DNA of 64,000 nt from an uncultured Thermoplasmatales archaeon (lineage in GTDB: Archaea; Thermoplasmatota; E2; DHVEG-1). Made by a program: the position numbers and the translations under genes. Numbering within the stretch: the stretch's first letter is position 1; every line of letters begins with the position of its first letter. Of the stretch, positions 9,761 through 19,927 are shown piece after piece. Under the pieces are notes generated by a model. That model did not search any database. It worked only from the letters and a program-made list of their open reading frames with translations, and was not told the DNA's origin. The stretch is from contig CAZTFR010000002.1 in the NCBI GenBank assembly GCA_964612945.1, positions 7,497 to 71,496 on the forward strand. The letters run 5' to 3'.

Positions 9761-10456
9761 ATGGGAGCAACAATGCACTTTCGAAAAACAATACTGATGC
9801 TAGTAGTTATATCAAGCCTTTTTTACTCTGTAGAAACTGCATCTGCAGGGTTTTTACAACCGGGAACCACAGAGTTTTTTGCACTCAGCATGGTTGTAGC
9901 AGCAATTCTTACCATTGCTGCTTTTTTTGCAATCGCAGGCGGTGTCAAATATGTCACCCCTGAAAATGTGCTTGACACGGAGATTCGAAAAAATTTGTAT
10001 GAATATATTGATGAATGCCCTGGTTCTCATCTGCGAGAGATCGCACGAGAACTTGAGCTAAAACCAAGTAATGCTGCTTGGCATCTGAGAAAGCTTGAGC
10101 AGACCAATCTTATCCGCAGTCGTAACATTGGCGGAAAACGGGTGTACTATCTCGTGGAGGGCGGTATTGAATCCCGCAAGCGCGCTGTTGCTGAGTCTAT
10201 TTTGAAAAACAAAAATGCGCTTCAGATCATCACCTATCTACATGATAATCCTGGTAAGCATCTGTTGGAAATCGCTCATGAACTCGGGTTAAATCATCAT
10301 GTCGTCAAATGGCATATCAATAAAATGACTGATTGTGAGCTTGTAGAAGGGGACATCAGTCACTCTGCATATCCGGTGTATTATCCAACTGATATTGGCA
10401 TCCAGGCGTTACAGATGCATCTTGAAGCAAAAATAGATGCAAAGCAAGCAAGCTAA
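9761..10456 (+). CDS. Membrane-anchored transcriptional regulator with two winged-helix (ArsR-like) domains
   Basis: Two N-terminal hydrophobic helices followed by two HTH units (HLREIARELELKPSNAAWHLRKLEQTNLI and HLLEIAHELGLNHHVVKWHINKM). Confidence 0.5.
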   Translation: MGATMHFRKTILMLVVISSLFYSVETASAGFLQPGTTEFFALSMVVAAILTIAAFFAIAGGVKYVTPENVLDTEIRKNLYEYIDECPGSHLREIARELELKPSNAAWHLRKLEQTNLIRSRNIGGKRVYYLVEGGIESRKRAVAESILKNKNALQIITYLHDNPGKHLLEIAHELGLNHHVVKWHINKMTDCELVEGDISHSAYPVYYPTDIGIQALQMHLEAKIDAKQAS

Positions 10457-10478
10457 ACGGTACAACATCTCTGTTTGT

Positions 10479-10751
10479 TTAGAGTAGGCCTACGTCAACG
10501 ACTTCGACAGAATCAATGTGCTCAATGTTTTTAAGATCCTCTGCAATAGGATCGACCCCGCCTTCTTTGTCGGGCATGGTGATAGTAAGATCAATGCCCC
10601 TAAGTCCAAAGGCAACATTTTTTGGCTCCACTCGCCCAATTTTCACCGGATCTTTTATTCGATTTTTTATGTGTTTAATAACGGTTTCAAGTTCTTCATC
10701 AGAGAGGACATGTCCAGGCATCATTCGAATCAATGCAACAACTGTTCCCAT
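10479..10751 (-). CDS. ef1b: Translation elongation factor aEF-1 beta
   Basis: 90 aa, ...AFGLRGIDLTITMPDKEGG...VDSVEVVDVGLL, classic aEF1B length and motif. Confidence 0.8.
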   Translation of the reverse strand: MGTVVALIRMMPGHVLSDEELETVIKHIKNRIKDPVKIGRVEPKNVAFGLRGIDLTITMPDKEGGVDPIAEDLKNIEHIDSVEVVDVGLL

Positions 10752-10769
10752 AGCTTTTTTGCCTCCGCG

Positions 10770-10934
10770 TTATGGTCCAATGAACTGGCATTTCGGGCAC
10801 ACGTAGCGTACGCTCTGCTCACGGCAACTACTACACCGTCCCAATATCTCATCACATTCTGGACAGTGCAGGGTTGTGGATCCTCGTTCAAGAAGTCCCT
10901 TTCCGCACGAAATACACCGGTCAGCCTTTTTCAT
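10770..10934 (-). CDS. Small Zn-ribbon protein conserved upstream of aEF-1beta
   Basis: Manual translation (below the 60-aa track cutoff): MKKADRCISCGKGLLERGSTTLHCPECDEILGRCSSCREQSVRYVCPKCQFIGP*; four CxxC pairs. Confidence 0.6.
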   Translation of the reverse strand: MKKADRCISCGKGLLERGSTTLHCPECDEILGRCSSCREQSVRYVCPKCQFIGP

Positions 10935-10995
10935 AGGATTGGCGAATACGATATCTATTATTAAAAGGTGACGCCCACTGTTAGAAGAAAGAAAC

Positions 10996-12072
10996 CTATG
11001 ATGATTCTTTTTTTTTCACCATATCCATTGAAAACGAAGCAACTGATTTGAAAATCCGGTATTGAAAAATCGCACCTGCAATCAAATTCATATGATACGT
11101 GATGAATCGAAATAGAAGGACAAACACCCATATAATCTCCGCTCCAATCAATATACTGTACAACCCATAAACACCAAATTCGGTCACTGCAGCACTTCCT
11201 GGTGTTGTGGGAAGCATGACTAGTAAGATCAACAAAATTTGAGCGGCATAGGATTCTATAAAATGAGGTGGCAGTCCTAATCCCATGAGAATAAACGAGG
11301 GCATCATAAAACTGGTAAGCCACATCAGAATTGTCAATATCCCCGCTAAAAGAAGGCCTTTTTTCCCCTCCTTTGCAAACACCACCATGCTGGTATGAAA
11401 ATTGTCTACCTCCCTGTTGATTCGCTGGACCACTCTGCTTTTTCCCCCTTCTTTTTGTCCCTTTGAAAAACGGCTCAATTTTATATCAAGCCATACAAGA
11501 AATGACTTAATCTTTGCAGGGTTTGCAATAATCCATAAAAAGAGTACAATAGCAATACCAAAAACAATCATTCCCACAGTTAAGGCGATGTTAAACCATG
11601 GATTTTCAATATTATCTTTAAAGATTAAAAAACCAACAGGTACAGCACATATAATAAAGACAGCATCCAAGAGACGTTCTCCCAGAACTGAGGCAGTTGC
11701 TCCACCAAGGGTCATGCCGTCCTTGTTCAGCAGATGAACACGCACCGGCTCACCACCTGCCATAGACGGAGTGATGCCTGCGAGAAATAAATTGGCAATC
11801 ACAATCTTTGTAGCACTCCATAGACTAATATGAACGTCTGGATCAATCGTGTTACTCAGCACCTTCAAACGGGCACCCCACACCGTCCAAAAACAGATAT
11901 TGATAATCATTGCGCCAAGAAAAAACTCATATCGAATGGTCTCATCGGATAGATATGTAATGGTTTCCGGTTCAATCGTAAAAACAAGTATAGCAAGAAT
12001 CAACCCTATACTTAAAGCAAGACTTGCAATAATAGAATACTTAACGGTCTTGGGTTTGTCCCTTGAGGCCAC
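10996..12072 (-). CDS. UPF0104 / flippase-like (LPG-synthase TM-region) family integral membrane protein
   Basis: 358 aa polytopic protein with the AGGEPVR hallmark; the family is commonly linked to glycosyltransferase loci. Confidence 0.6.
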   Translation of the reverse strand: MASRDKPKTVKYSIIASLALSIGLILAILVFTIEPETITYLSDETIRYEFFLGAMIINICFWTVWGARLKVLSNTIDPDVHISLWSATKIVIANLFLAGITPSMAGGEPVRVHLLNKDGMTLGGATASVLGERLLDAVFIICAVPVGFLIFKDNIENPWFNIALTVGMIVFGIAIVLFLWIIANPAKIKSFLVWLDIKLSRFSKGQKEGGKSRVVQRINREVDNFHTSMVVFAKEGKKGLLLAGILTILMWLTSFMMPSFILMGLGLPPHFIESYAAQILLILLVMLPTTPGSAAVTEFGVYGLYSILIGAEIIWVFVLLFRFITYHMNLIAGAIFQYRIFKSVASFSMDMVKKKESS

Positions 12073-12183
12073 AGAGAAGATAACCTTGCAGCGATATATG
12101 TCTGTTATGGTTTAGAAAAGTAAAAAACCTTATCACAGAGCAATGGATACCACGACAAAAAAATAACCACTCGAGTTTTCCCA

Positions 12184-13134
12184 ATGAAACGATTACCTCT
12201 CTTAAAATATCTACAAACCACCCGATATGCGTTTACAAATTATGCCAAACGAGAGTGCATTTACCCGTTTTATGCCTCCTTTAAGGTTACTCACCGATGT
12301 GGTCTACGATGTGACTTCTGCAATGTATGGATGGAAGGCACGCCTGATCTTTCTAAGAAGGATGTTTTTACCGTTCTTGACAATATTGGCAACTCAAGCA
12401 TTGTCGTCTTAAGCTTGGAAGGTGGGGATCCATTGATGCGAAAGGATCTTGGAGAAATCCTCCAGTACGCGCATCACAAACCCTTTTACCTTTTCTTCAC
12501 TACCAACGGCCATCTTTTGAATAAACGACCTATGAAAGAATACGGACAACATATCGATTATCTACACATTAGCATCGACGAAGGACACAACAATCTCCAG
12601 TTTTTTGAAAGACTGGAAGAATTCCAAAGCTATGGGCCGGAAATCTGTATCCAAACTGTTGTCACCAACGACACCCTTCCAAATATCGAAGAGAAAGTAA
12701 AACGCGTCTATGAGGTCAATGCACGCACTGTTATTATGCCTGCTTGCCATCTCGACGGTACCGACGATTACTACCCGGATCCACAGAAATTCAGAGCAGA
12801 AATTCTCCGTCTTAAAAAGAAATATCCCAATACTATTACAACGCCAAGAGGATTCCTAAACAACATCAATAAACCACATGGCTGTTCCACATCCTCCGTT
12901 ATTATTGACTCCGATGGAGGGCTGTTTTATCCCTGCCGTACCATTGGGAAACGACTGTTTAACTTCACAGAGGGATCATTTATGGAGTTTCTTCATACGC
13001 CAGAGGCATCGCAGGCTCGAAGGCAAATGATGGAGTGCAAAAGACGGTGTGGATGGTATCAATATTTTGCCACTGATGTTTTTGCAAGTCCCCTATCAAT
13101 TCTTTCTTCATTAAAACCCTATCTTTTCAAATAA
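12184..13134 (+). CDS. Radical SAM enzyme with C-terminal SPASM-like Cys cluster
   Basis: CGLRCDFC (CxxxCxxC) near the N-terminus; additional cysteines at ...HGCSTS...YPC...CKRRCGW. Confidence 0.6.
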   Translation: MKRLPLLKYLQTTRYAFTNYAKRECIYPFYASFKVTHRCGLRCDFCNVWMEGTPDLSKKDVFTVLDNIGNSSIVVLSLEGGDPLMRKDLGEILQYAHHKPFYLFFTTNGHLLNKRPMKEYGQHIDYLHISIDEGHNNLQFFERLEEFQSYGPEICIQTVVTNDTLPNIEEKVKRVYEVNARTVIMPACHLDGTDDYYPDPQKFRAEILRLKKKYPNTITTPRGFLNNINKPHGCSTSSVIIDSDGGLFYPCRTIGKRLFNFTEGSFMEFLHTPEASQARRQMMECKRRCGWYQYFATDVFASPLSILSSLKPYLFK

Positions 13135-13140
13135 AGCAGG

Positions 13141-14259
13141 TTAGCACTGAATAGAAGAGTGAGAGGAAAGAACATCCTCATACACCTGTTCTGTTTTCTG
13201 TGCAACCTCCGTCCAACTCATGGTTTGAAGTATATGCTCTCGGGCTTTTTTCCCCATCTCCAACGCGGTTTCTTTGTTGGTAAGCAGGTATTCTATTTTT
13301 TCTGAAAGTTCCTCAGCTGTATCATGTTCAAGAATCATTCCTCTCTCGTTTTCTCCAAGAAGCTCCCCTGCTTTTCCAACATCAGATGAAATCACAGGTA
13401 ATCCACAAGCCATCGCCTCACCAATGACAAGACCCCAGCTCTCACCTCGCGAAGGAAGAGCAGCAACATCAGCGCCACGAGCATACTCAAGAAGCATATC
13501 ATGGGGAAGATACCCTGTAAAAATGATATTTTCATTTCCCTTAGCAACCTTCTGGAGCATTGGCCGATCTGGTCCTTTTCCAATGATTACAAGCTTTATG
13601 TCAGCATTATCAAGAATTTGAAAAGCTTTGATAAGCAGTTGAATGTTTTTTTGATATCCAATTCTCCCCCAGTATATCACAAGATGTTTACATCCAAGCT
13701 TCTGTTTAATATCCGAGATTCCTGGAGAGTATTTTTCGGTGTCAATACCATTTGGTATAAACGCTAGTTTCTGCGGATCAATACCCCACTCAACATAGGT
13801 CTCTAGATAGTCATTGTTGACACAGATGAGTTTATCAACAGCGCTTGCAGAGAGAAGCGTCACCCATTTGATGATTCCTCGATAAAAAAAGGAGAAGATT
13901 TTATTTCCCTTGAAATCTAATATGTAATGGGTTGTCATCACACAGGGCAGTTTTTTTGAGCGCAGGATGCCCCAACAAAAGGTAAACAAGGGTCCATGAA
14001 GATGAACAAGATCAATCTTATTTTTTTTAAAAAGCCTAATAATCTTTCGGTAGGAACCGGGTGGATTTATGAAAAATATTTCCCAAAATGAAAAAAGGGT
14101 TGGAATATGAAAGAAGAGGTGGTCGTTTTCTTTTTGATAGCCTGATTTCTTTGTATTCCCACTGATACAGAGTGTTGTAACCTTCATTCTTTTCACAAGC
14201 TCTACTACGTGGGTATATACCCCTCCCTCCTTGTATGTGGTTATTTCAGCAACGTTCAT
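13141..14259 (-). CDS. Glycosyltransferase family 4 (GT-B, retaining)
   Basis: 372 aa, EX7E region LPSRGESWGLVIGEAMACGLPVI. Confidence 0.7.
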   Translation of the reverse strand: MNVAEITTYKEGGVYTHVVELVKRMKVTTLCISGNTKKSGYQKENDHLFFHIPTLFSFWEIFFINPPGSYRKIIRLFKKNKIDLVHLHGPLFTFCWGILRSKKLPCVMTTHYILDFKGNKIFSFFYRGIIKWVTLLSASAVDKLICVNNDYLETYVEWGIDPQKLAFIPNGIDTEKYSPGISDIKQKLGCKHLVIYWGRIGYQKNIQLLIKAFQILDNADIKLVIIGKGPDRPMLQKVAKGNENIIFTGYLPHDMLLEYARGADVAALPSRGESWGLVIGEAMACGLPVISSDVGKAGELLGENERGMILEHDTAEELSEKIEYLLTNKETALEMGKKAREHILQTMSWTEVAQKTEQVYEDVLSSHSSIQC

Positions 14260-16145
14260 GGAAACCAGATTTTTGATATTAGCGTACTTTCATTTCTTCG
14301 TTCGTAGTTCAGATACGTCCAGTTGACTTCGTAGAGTTCTGTCCAATGAATTTCTTCGAGGTCTTCATTAACAGTTGCATTACGATAAATGCTGGTGAAA
14401 AGTGGTGGTGCAAATTTATCATAGGATTCATTGGTCATATATTCAATATTGGCAAAGCCGACATGAACTACCCGTTCCCGCATAATATCATCAATAATGA
14501 CATGAGTAATTCTGGAATATTTTTTATCTTGACCGGTCAGTTCCTCGATATAATCAGTGAGATTTTCAGTAGACCAAATCATACTGGCATCGTCCAGAGT
14601 GGTGTTAAAGCCATTGGCTTCTGCAATACGAGCAAGTCGATGATCTGAGGCGATAACTGTGGTGTTTCTGTCCAAGTTTTTACTCATCCAATCAATAACG
14701 GCCAAGTTCTCATCAGTGATTGATTCATAGGATGCATTCAGTGCGACATGAGATGGATAGACGGAGACCGCATTCGTGGTTACTAAAATCAGCACAATGG
14801 CAACAAAGACGAGCTGTCGGTTATGCATGACTTGTTCCTTGATTTTTTCTATATTCCACTCCCATGAGAACTGTACATCGGAGATTTTTTGTCGTAACCC
14901 TGAAGAAAAGTCGGCATGATCAACAAGACCCCGCAGACCATACACGGCGATAACACTCAAGGAAGCCATGATGTATTCGAGATGACGATGTGGAAATAAA
15001 ATAGCGCTATTGGTCATGAGTGCGTACACAAACGAGGCGGAAATGGCAAGAAGCCATCCACGTATAAAATAACCGTTTGGAATAAAACGGGTGGACCGAA
15101 ATCCTGCTACCCCCAAGCCGATCATAAGAACCAGGGGTGTTGCGTAGACGATAGAAAGAACAGTGAAGCTAAAATTAGTCCACGGCATCTTTACAAGAGT
15201 AAATGCAATCATTGCAGAAAAACAAATACAGATTGTCACAATAAATCTAAGTAGATGCTGCCGGAAGCGTAAAGGATTTTTTGATTGAAAGAGCCTTAGT
15301 TTTCTTTTCAACCAGATAATGCCAAAAAGGGAAAAAAAGAGCACATAGAATACCAGGATAGTACCGTTTGCACCAAGAGACACTGGACCAATGGTAAGAC
15401 CATATCTCATAAACATTTTATACACCGGTTGAGCGATTATTGCCCAATACGAAAAGACAATGCCACTTGCAATAAGAACGTAGAGTACGTCTTTTTTCAC
15501 CGAGGGTGTCCATTGTTTTGCCCCTGCATTTTCAAAAAAGATAATAAACACCAGAGTAAGCATGTAGAAATAGGTGGTGAGATGATGAGACATTACAAGC
15601 AGTATGGTGCTGATGAGAAGAGGAATAAGATAGATTGTTTTTGTTCGATATTTTACAAAAATAAACAAAGAGAGCATGAAGAAAAAATGTCCCATGGTCA
15701 GTGGTGATGCATGGCTCGTTTGATAGACATGAAAGGGCATGACGGCAAGAAAAAGACTGGAGAGAAGTGCTATTTTTCTGTTTTTAAGGAGTTCATTGAT
15801 AAGAAAGTAAAAGATAAAGATGGTGAGTCCACCAAAGATAGGGGCAAGTTTTGGCATAATCACCAGCACATCTATTCCTGTAATCCAATGAACAAGCCCG
15901 GTGATTGCATAAAGAACCGGGAAATACTCATACGAATTTCCCCATCCCGTATAAGGAGCGAATAACTCCCCGCTTTTCACAAAGGAGTTGGTAAGCCCAT
16001 AGTAAATTCCAAAATCACATCCCCAGGCTGCATTGGTCCAGGCGGGAATTGATCGGATGAAGATAGCAATTCCAGTAATGAGTAGGAGGTACATCTTCCA
16101 ATTTGTTTTCAACGCAGAGAGGTGTGTGTGAATCGTTTCGTTCAA
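14256..16145 (-). CDS. GT-C fold membrane glycosyltransferase (ArnT/PMT/DUF2298-like)
   Basis: 629 aa: ~12 TM helices in the N-terminal two-thirds, then a soluble C-terminal domain; 4-nt overlap with the downstream GT4 gene. Confidence 0.5.
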   Translation of the reverse strand: MNETIHTHLSALKTNWKMYLLLITGIAIFIRSIPAWTNAAWGCDFGIYYGLTNSFVKSGELFAPYTGWGNSYEYFPVLYAITGLVHWITGIDVLVIMPKLAPIFGGLTIFIFYFLINELLKNRKIALLSSLFLAVMPFHVYQTSHASPLTMGHFFFMLSLFIFVKYRTKTIYLIPLLISTILLVMSHHLTTYFYMLTLVFIIFFENAGAKQWTPSVKKDVLYVLIASGIVFSYWAIIAQPVYKMFMRYGLTIGPVSLGANGTILVFYVLFFSLFGIIWLKRKLRLFQSKNPLRFRQHLLRFIVTICICFSAMIAFTLVKMPWTNFSFTVLSIVYATPLVLMIGLGVAGFRSTRFIPNGYFIRGWLLAISASFVYALMTNSAILFPHRHLEYIMASLSVIAVYGLRGLVDHADFSSGLRQKISDVQFSWEWNIEKIKEQVMHNRQLVFVAIVLILVTTNAVSVYPSHVALNASYESITDENLAVIDWMSKNLDRNTTVIASDHRLARIAEANGFNTTLDDASMIWSTENLTDYIEELTGQDKKYSRITHVIIDDIMRERVVHVGFANIEYMTNESYDKFAPPLFTSIYRNATVNEDLEEIHWTELYEVNWTYLNYERRNESTLISKIWFP

Positions 16146-16210
16146 CTCCTCATCCGAAATGTGATAAAAAGCGTAATATTCTTAAGATATATTAATACAT
16201 AGTGGTGTAC

Positions 16211-17299
16211 TTATCTAAAAGGGCTTGTTTTATCTTTGTAGATTATATCAAGGATGTTTTCCACTGTTTTATGCACATCACAACGCCGGGTAATACCCGT
16301 TGTTTGCTGTGCCTTTTGTACATCAGAAGCAAGATCCATATGCTCCTGGTGTACCGCGTAGAAGGTTCCTTTTTTTGTATGATAGGAGGCAAGGTATTCC
16401 TGTTCGATTTGTCCTGGTGTTGGTGTCATAAGTGCTTTGGTGTTGAGAATAGCGAGGTCCATGATCGTTGAGTACCCACTTCTTGAGATGATCAGCTGCG
16501 CTCGGTTCATCAGTTCTTCTCGTTTTTGTTTGGACAGATAAGAGTAAATTTTAACGTTATCGCAGTCACTTTTTTCTTGTGCTTCAGTCTTTCCAAGGGT
16601 TACGACAATAGAGCCGGAAAGATCGGGGAGTTGTGACAGTATTTTTTTTTCCAGCATGCTGCGTTGTGGTTCCGGTCCGGATAGAGAGACAAGGTAGTTG
16701 ATGTCTTTTTTAGTTCTTTGTTTGTTGAAATCAGAGAGAACTCCGACATAGTGAAGTTTGTTTTCATCGATTTTTTTGAGGTTATGTGAGAGATCACCGG
16801 AGAGATCATCGGTTGTGTAGTCGGGGATGATAATACCACGGAATCGTTTAAAGAAAAACAGGTTGAATGTTTCGCTTCCTCTTTCAAGAACACGCATACG
16901 TAGCGGGTTCATGATGCGTGGTTGATGGGTGATAAAATAGGAGGGAATGCTTCTGCTATACATATCGTAGCGTGCATCTGAGATGATTCGGTCGCAGGGT
17001 GTGTGTTCAAGTATTTTTTTTAAATAGCGAAAACCGTGATGAATGCTTTTTATAAACGTTGGCCAGTAGATCATGCTTTTTGCCATGAATTGTCGTGCGT
17101 TGTTGGAAAGAAGCATCGGGTAATCCGGAAGATCAATGTAGGAGGCCGCATCTCCAAGTTCTTCTTTGAGCAGATGGAGGCTTCGGCCGTGGGTGATTAT
17201 AGTGAGCGTGTGATTTTCTGTGAGGAGTTTTCTGATAACGGGAAGTGATCGGGTCGCATGGCCAAGTCCCCAGGAGCAGATTCCATAAAAGATGTGCAT
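16211..17299 (-). CDS. GT1/GT28-like (UDP-glycosyltransferase/MurG-type) glycosyltransferase
   Basis: 362 aa, N-terminal GICSWGLGHATRSLPV (G-x-G-H-x-x-R) motif. Confidence 0.55.
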   Translation of the reverse strand: MHIFYGICSWGLGHATRSLPVIRKLLTENHTLTIITHGRSLHLLKEELGDAASYIDLPDYPMLLSNNARQFMAKSMIYWPTFIKSIHHGFRYLKKILEHTPCDRIISDARYDMYSRSIPSYFITHQPRIMNPLRMRVLERGSETFNLFFFKRFRGIIIPDYTTDDLSGDLSHNLKKIDENKLHYVGVLSDFNKQRTKKDINYLVSLSGPEPQRSMLEKKILSQLPDLSGSIVVTLGKTEAQEKSDCDNVKIYSYLSKQKREELMNRAQLIISRSGYSTIMDLAILNTKALMTPTPGQIEQEYLASYHTKKGTFYAVHQEHMDLASDVQKAQQTTGITRRCDVHKTVENILDIIYKDKTSPFR

Positions 17300-17389
17300 G
17301 AGCAGTCAGGGTGAATATTTGTTGTGCTGTTAAATACATTTGTGACATGGTATTGATTTATATAGGGGGATGTCTTTGCGTCGATGTAG

Positions 17390-18211
17390 ATGAGGTTTGT
17401 TGAAAAACTACATCGGCGGGTGAACAAAACTGAGAGTCTGCTGTGTGTTGGTCTTGATGTAGACTCAAGTCGCATACCCTCGTTTCTTTTTGATACCGAG
17501 TCTGATCCCCTCCATATCTTTCTTCAAAAAATTATTGATGCAACGAAAAATAATGTGTGCGCGTATAAACTGAATCTGGCATTCTATGAAGCCTTAGGTG
17601 TTTCTGGATTTGATCTATTACAGAAAACGATTTCCTCTATTCCTTCTGATATCGTGGTGATTCTTGATGGAAAGCGCAATGATATCGGCAACACCGCGCA
17701 AAAATATGCCCAGGCTCTGTATGAAACGTTTCATGCTGATGCGGTAACCATAAATCCATATCTGGGAAGCGATAGTGTTCATCCGTTTCTTACCTACGAG
17801 GATAAATACAGTTTTATTCTCTGTAGAACCTCTAATCCCTCGGCAGCAGATTTTCAAGATCTAATAAGCGATACAACGCCATTATATCAGCATGTTGCCA
17901 CAAAAATAAAAGAGTGGAATGCAACAGGGAACTGTGGGGCAGTTGTTGGTGCAACCTATCCCAAAGAGCTCAAAACCATCCGCTCTATTGTAGGAGACGA
18001 TTGCGTGCTTCTCATCCCTGGTGTTGGCGCACAGGGCGGGTCTGTTGAAAAAGCAGTTGTGTATGGAACAAATCGCAACGGAGAACATGCCATCATCACA
18101 TCCTCACGAGGAATTATCTATGCCTCCTCTGATGAAACATTTGCTCAAAAGGCACAACACAACGCACACCAGCTTCAAAAACAAATCAACTCCTTCCGAA
18201 CTACTGCGTAG
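17390..18211 (+). CDS. pyrF: Orotidine 5'-phosphate decarboxylase (long/type-2 form)
   Basis: 273 aa, LCVGLDVD...ILDGKRNDIGNT motifs. Confidence 0.75.
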   Translation: MRFVEKLHRRVNKTESLLCVGLDVDSSRIPSFLFDTESDPLHIFLQKIIDATKNNVCAYKLNLAFYEALGVSGFDLLQKTISSIPSDIVVILDGKRNDIGNTAQKYAQALYETFHADAVTINPYLGSDSVHPFLTYEDKYSFILCRTSNPSAADFQDLISDTTPLYQHVATKIKEWNATGNCGAVVGATYPKELKTIRSIVGDDCVLLIPGVGAQGGSVEKAVVYGTNRNGEHAIITSSRGIIYASSDETFAQKAQHNAHQLQKQINSFRTTA

Positions 18212-18460
18212 AAGAGACATAACGTTAAAATACAAGGATACTATCTTTTCTTTCTGCCTTGATTCGAAGATCTTCATGATATCGTGATTGAAGAAGCAAG
18301 GTCAAGGCGACAACCTGATGCCGACAATAGGGTCCCTCTTTGATCAATCCGACGTACCGTCAAGAAGTGAAAATGAGGACAACCACGGTGTCAGAAAGCT
18401 GTCGCGACATGTGATGCAGCTTGATCTTTCTGCTGCGTTATAAAGGTCATGCTGTAGCAA

Positions 18461-18492
18461 CACCCAACACTCTATTTTTTGTGTGTTGGGTG
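18461..18492. other. Perfect 10-bp inverted repeat (CACCCAACAC-N12-GTGTTGGGTG) in the 609-bp pyrF/glycogen-cluster spacer
   Basis: Read directly; T-rich loop, T6 run 20 nt downstream (18511-18516). Confidence 0.45.
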
Positions 18493-18820
18493 ACAGCGAC
18501 AAATACCGTTTTTTCCTCCAATTTTTATTGATACATTCAGATAGGGTTATATTCCAGAGATTCATATCAAAAAGAAACCATCGTTGATGAAATAGGTTTT
18601 CTTTGAGAGGTATATAGCGTACTATCTCCCCAGACAAAGGATGATAAAAAAACGAAAGGTTTAAAGTGATTAAGCGTTTCACTCAACTGGAATTGTCCTT
18701 ATCGAGGGCAGATAATTCCAGTTACTGCTGGGAAGGTTTGTACTGAGGAGACGCAAAGCGCTAGTGTGAGCTGAGCTACTGAAGACAAATAGTAAGCAGT
18801 GAAGATAAGGAAGAAAAAGT

Positions 18821-19927
18821 ATGAAAGTTGCGATGCTCGGCTGGGAATATCCCCCATTCAAAGTGGGAGGGTTAGGAACTCATTGTTATGGGTTGACTCG
18901 AAGTCTTGCTGATAAAGAGATCCATGTCGATTTTTATATGCCGAAAACCAAGCATCGCGCCAAAAGTGATAATGATCATTTGAAGATTATTGAAGTTGGT
19001 GAAACCGAGATTTTTCCCTATGATAGACCTGAGGATAAAGCGCTTGCGGGTCATTTTTTTGAAAGTGTTCACCGGTATAATGAGCTGCTGGTACAGAGGG
19101 TAAAAGGGACCTATGATATGGTTCATGCCCATGATTGGTTGACCATGGAGGCCGGTGTTGGCATCAGCGAAAAAGTAGGTATTCCTTTGGTGCTCACGGT
19201 GCATTCGACCGAGTATGATCGGTCAGGGTGGTTGCATCCCAATGAATGGTTTATTTCTATGGAACGCCGGGGGATGCAGAAGGCGCAGCGTATCATCGCA
19301 GTCAGTGAGTTTACCAAGCGGGTGATTGTGGAAAAGTATGGGATCAACCCAGATAAGATTTCAGTGGTACATAATGCAGTATATCCGATTGGCCACGGCA
19401 AGAAGAAAAATATTGTACTGTTTCTTGGCAGGCTCACCATTCAGAAAGGTCCTGAGTTTTTTTTGAAAACTGCAAAGAAGGTTCTTGAGTATGAGGATAC
19501 CCATTTTGTGATGGCGGGTATGGGCGATATGCTGCCGCGTTTGATAGATCAAGCCGTTGAGTTGGGAATTGCAAATAGGATTATTTTTACCGGGAAGCTC
19601 ACTGAAGATGAGGTGAAACATATCTATAAGCTATCCAGTGTGTATGTGATGCCATCGGTCAGTGAGCCGTTTGGCATTACCGCGCTTGAAGCAATATCTG
19701 CAGGGACGCCCACGATTGTTTCCAAAACTGCAGGTGTATCTGAGGTATTTCAGAATTGTTTAAAGGTTGATTTTTGGGATACTGATGAGATGGCAAATAA
19801 GATTATTGCGCTGCTTCGGTATCAGCCGTTACATAAGACGATGCAGGAGAATTCGCAAAAGGAGATCGATTTATTTACCTGGGATCGTGTCGCTGATCGG
19901 ACCATTGACGTCTACAAAGAGGTTTAG
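18821..19927 (+). CDS. GlgA-like glycosyltransferase (archaeal glycogen/alpha-glucan synthase family), short form
   Basis: MKVAMLGWEYPPFKVGGLGTH N-terminus, as in archaeal glycogen synthases; EX7E motif SEPFGITALEAISAGTP. Confidence 0.6.
   Translation: MKVAMLGWEYPPFKVGGLGTHCYGLTRSLADKEIHVDFYMPKTKHRAKSDNDHLKIIEVGETEIFPYDRPEDKALAGHFFESVHRYNELLVQRVKGTYDMVHAHDWLTMEAGVGISEKVGIPLVLTVHSTEYDRSGWLHPNEWFISMERRGMQKAQRIIAVSEFTKRVIVEKYGINPDKISVVHNAVYPIGHGKKKNIVLFLGRLTIQKGPEFFLKTAKKVLEYEDTHFVMAGMGDMLPRLIDQAVELGIANRIIFTGKLTEDEVKHIYKLSSVYVMPSVSEPFGITALEAISAGTPTIVSKTAGVSEVFQNCLKVDFWDTDEMANKIIALLRYQPLHKTMQENSQKEIDLFTWDRVADRTIDVYKEV

Noticed and set aside
18344-18682. 112-aa minus-strand ORF in the pyrF/glycogen spacer
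   Set aside because: No start context, odd composition (W/F/L-rich), and it spans the perfect hairpin. More likely non-coding regulatory/ncRNA space.
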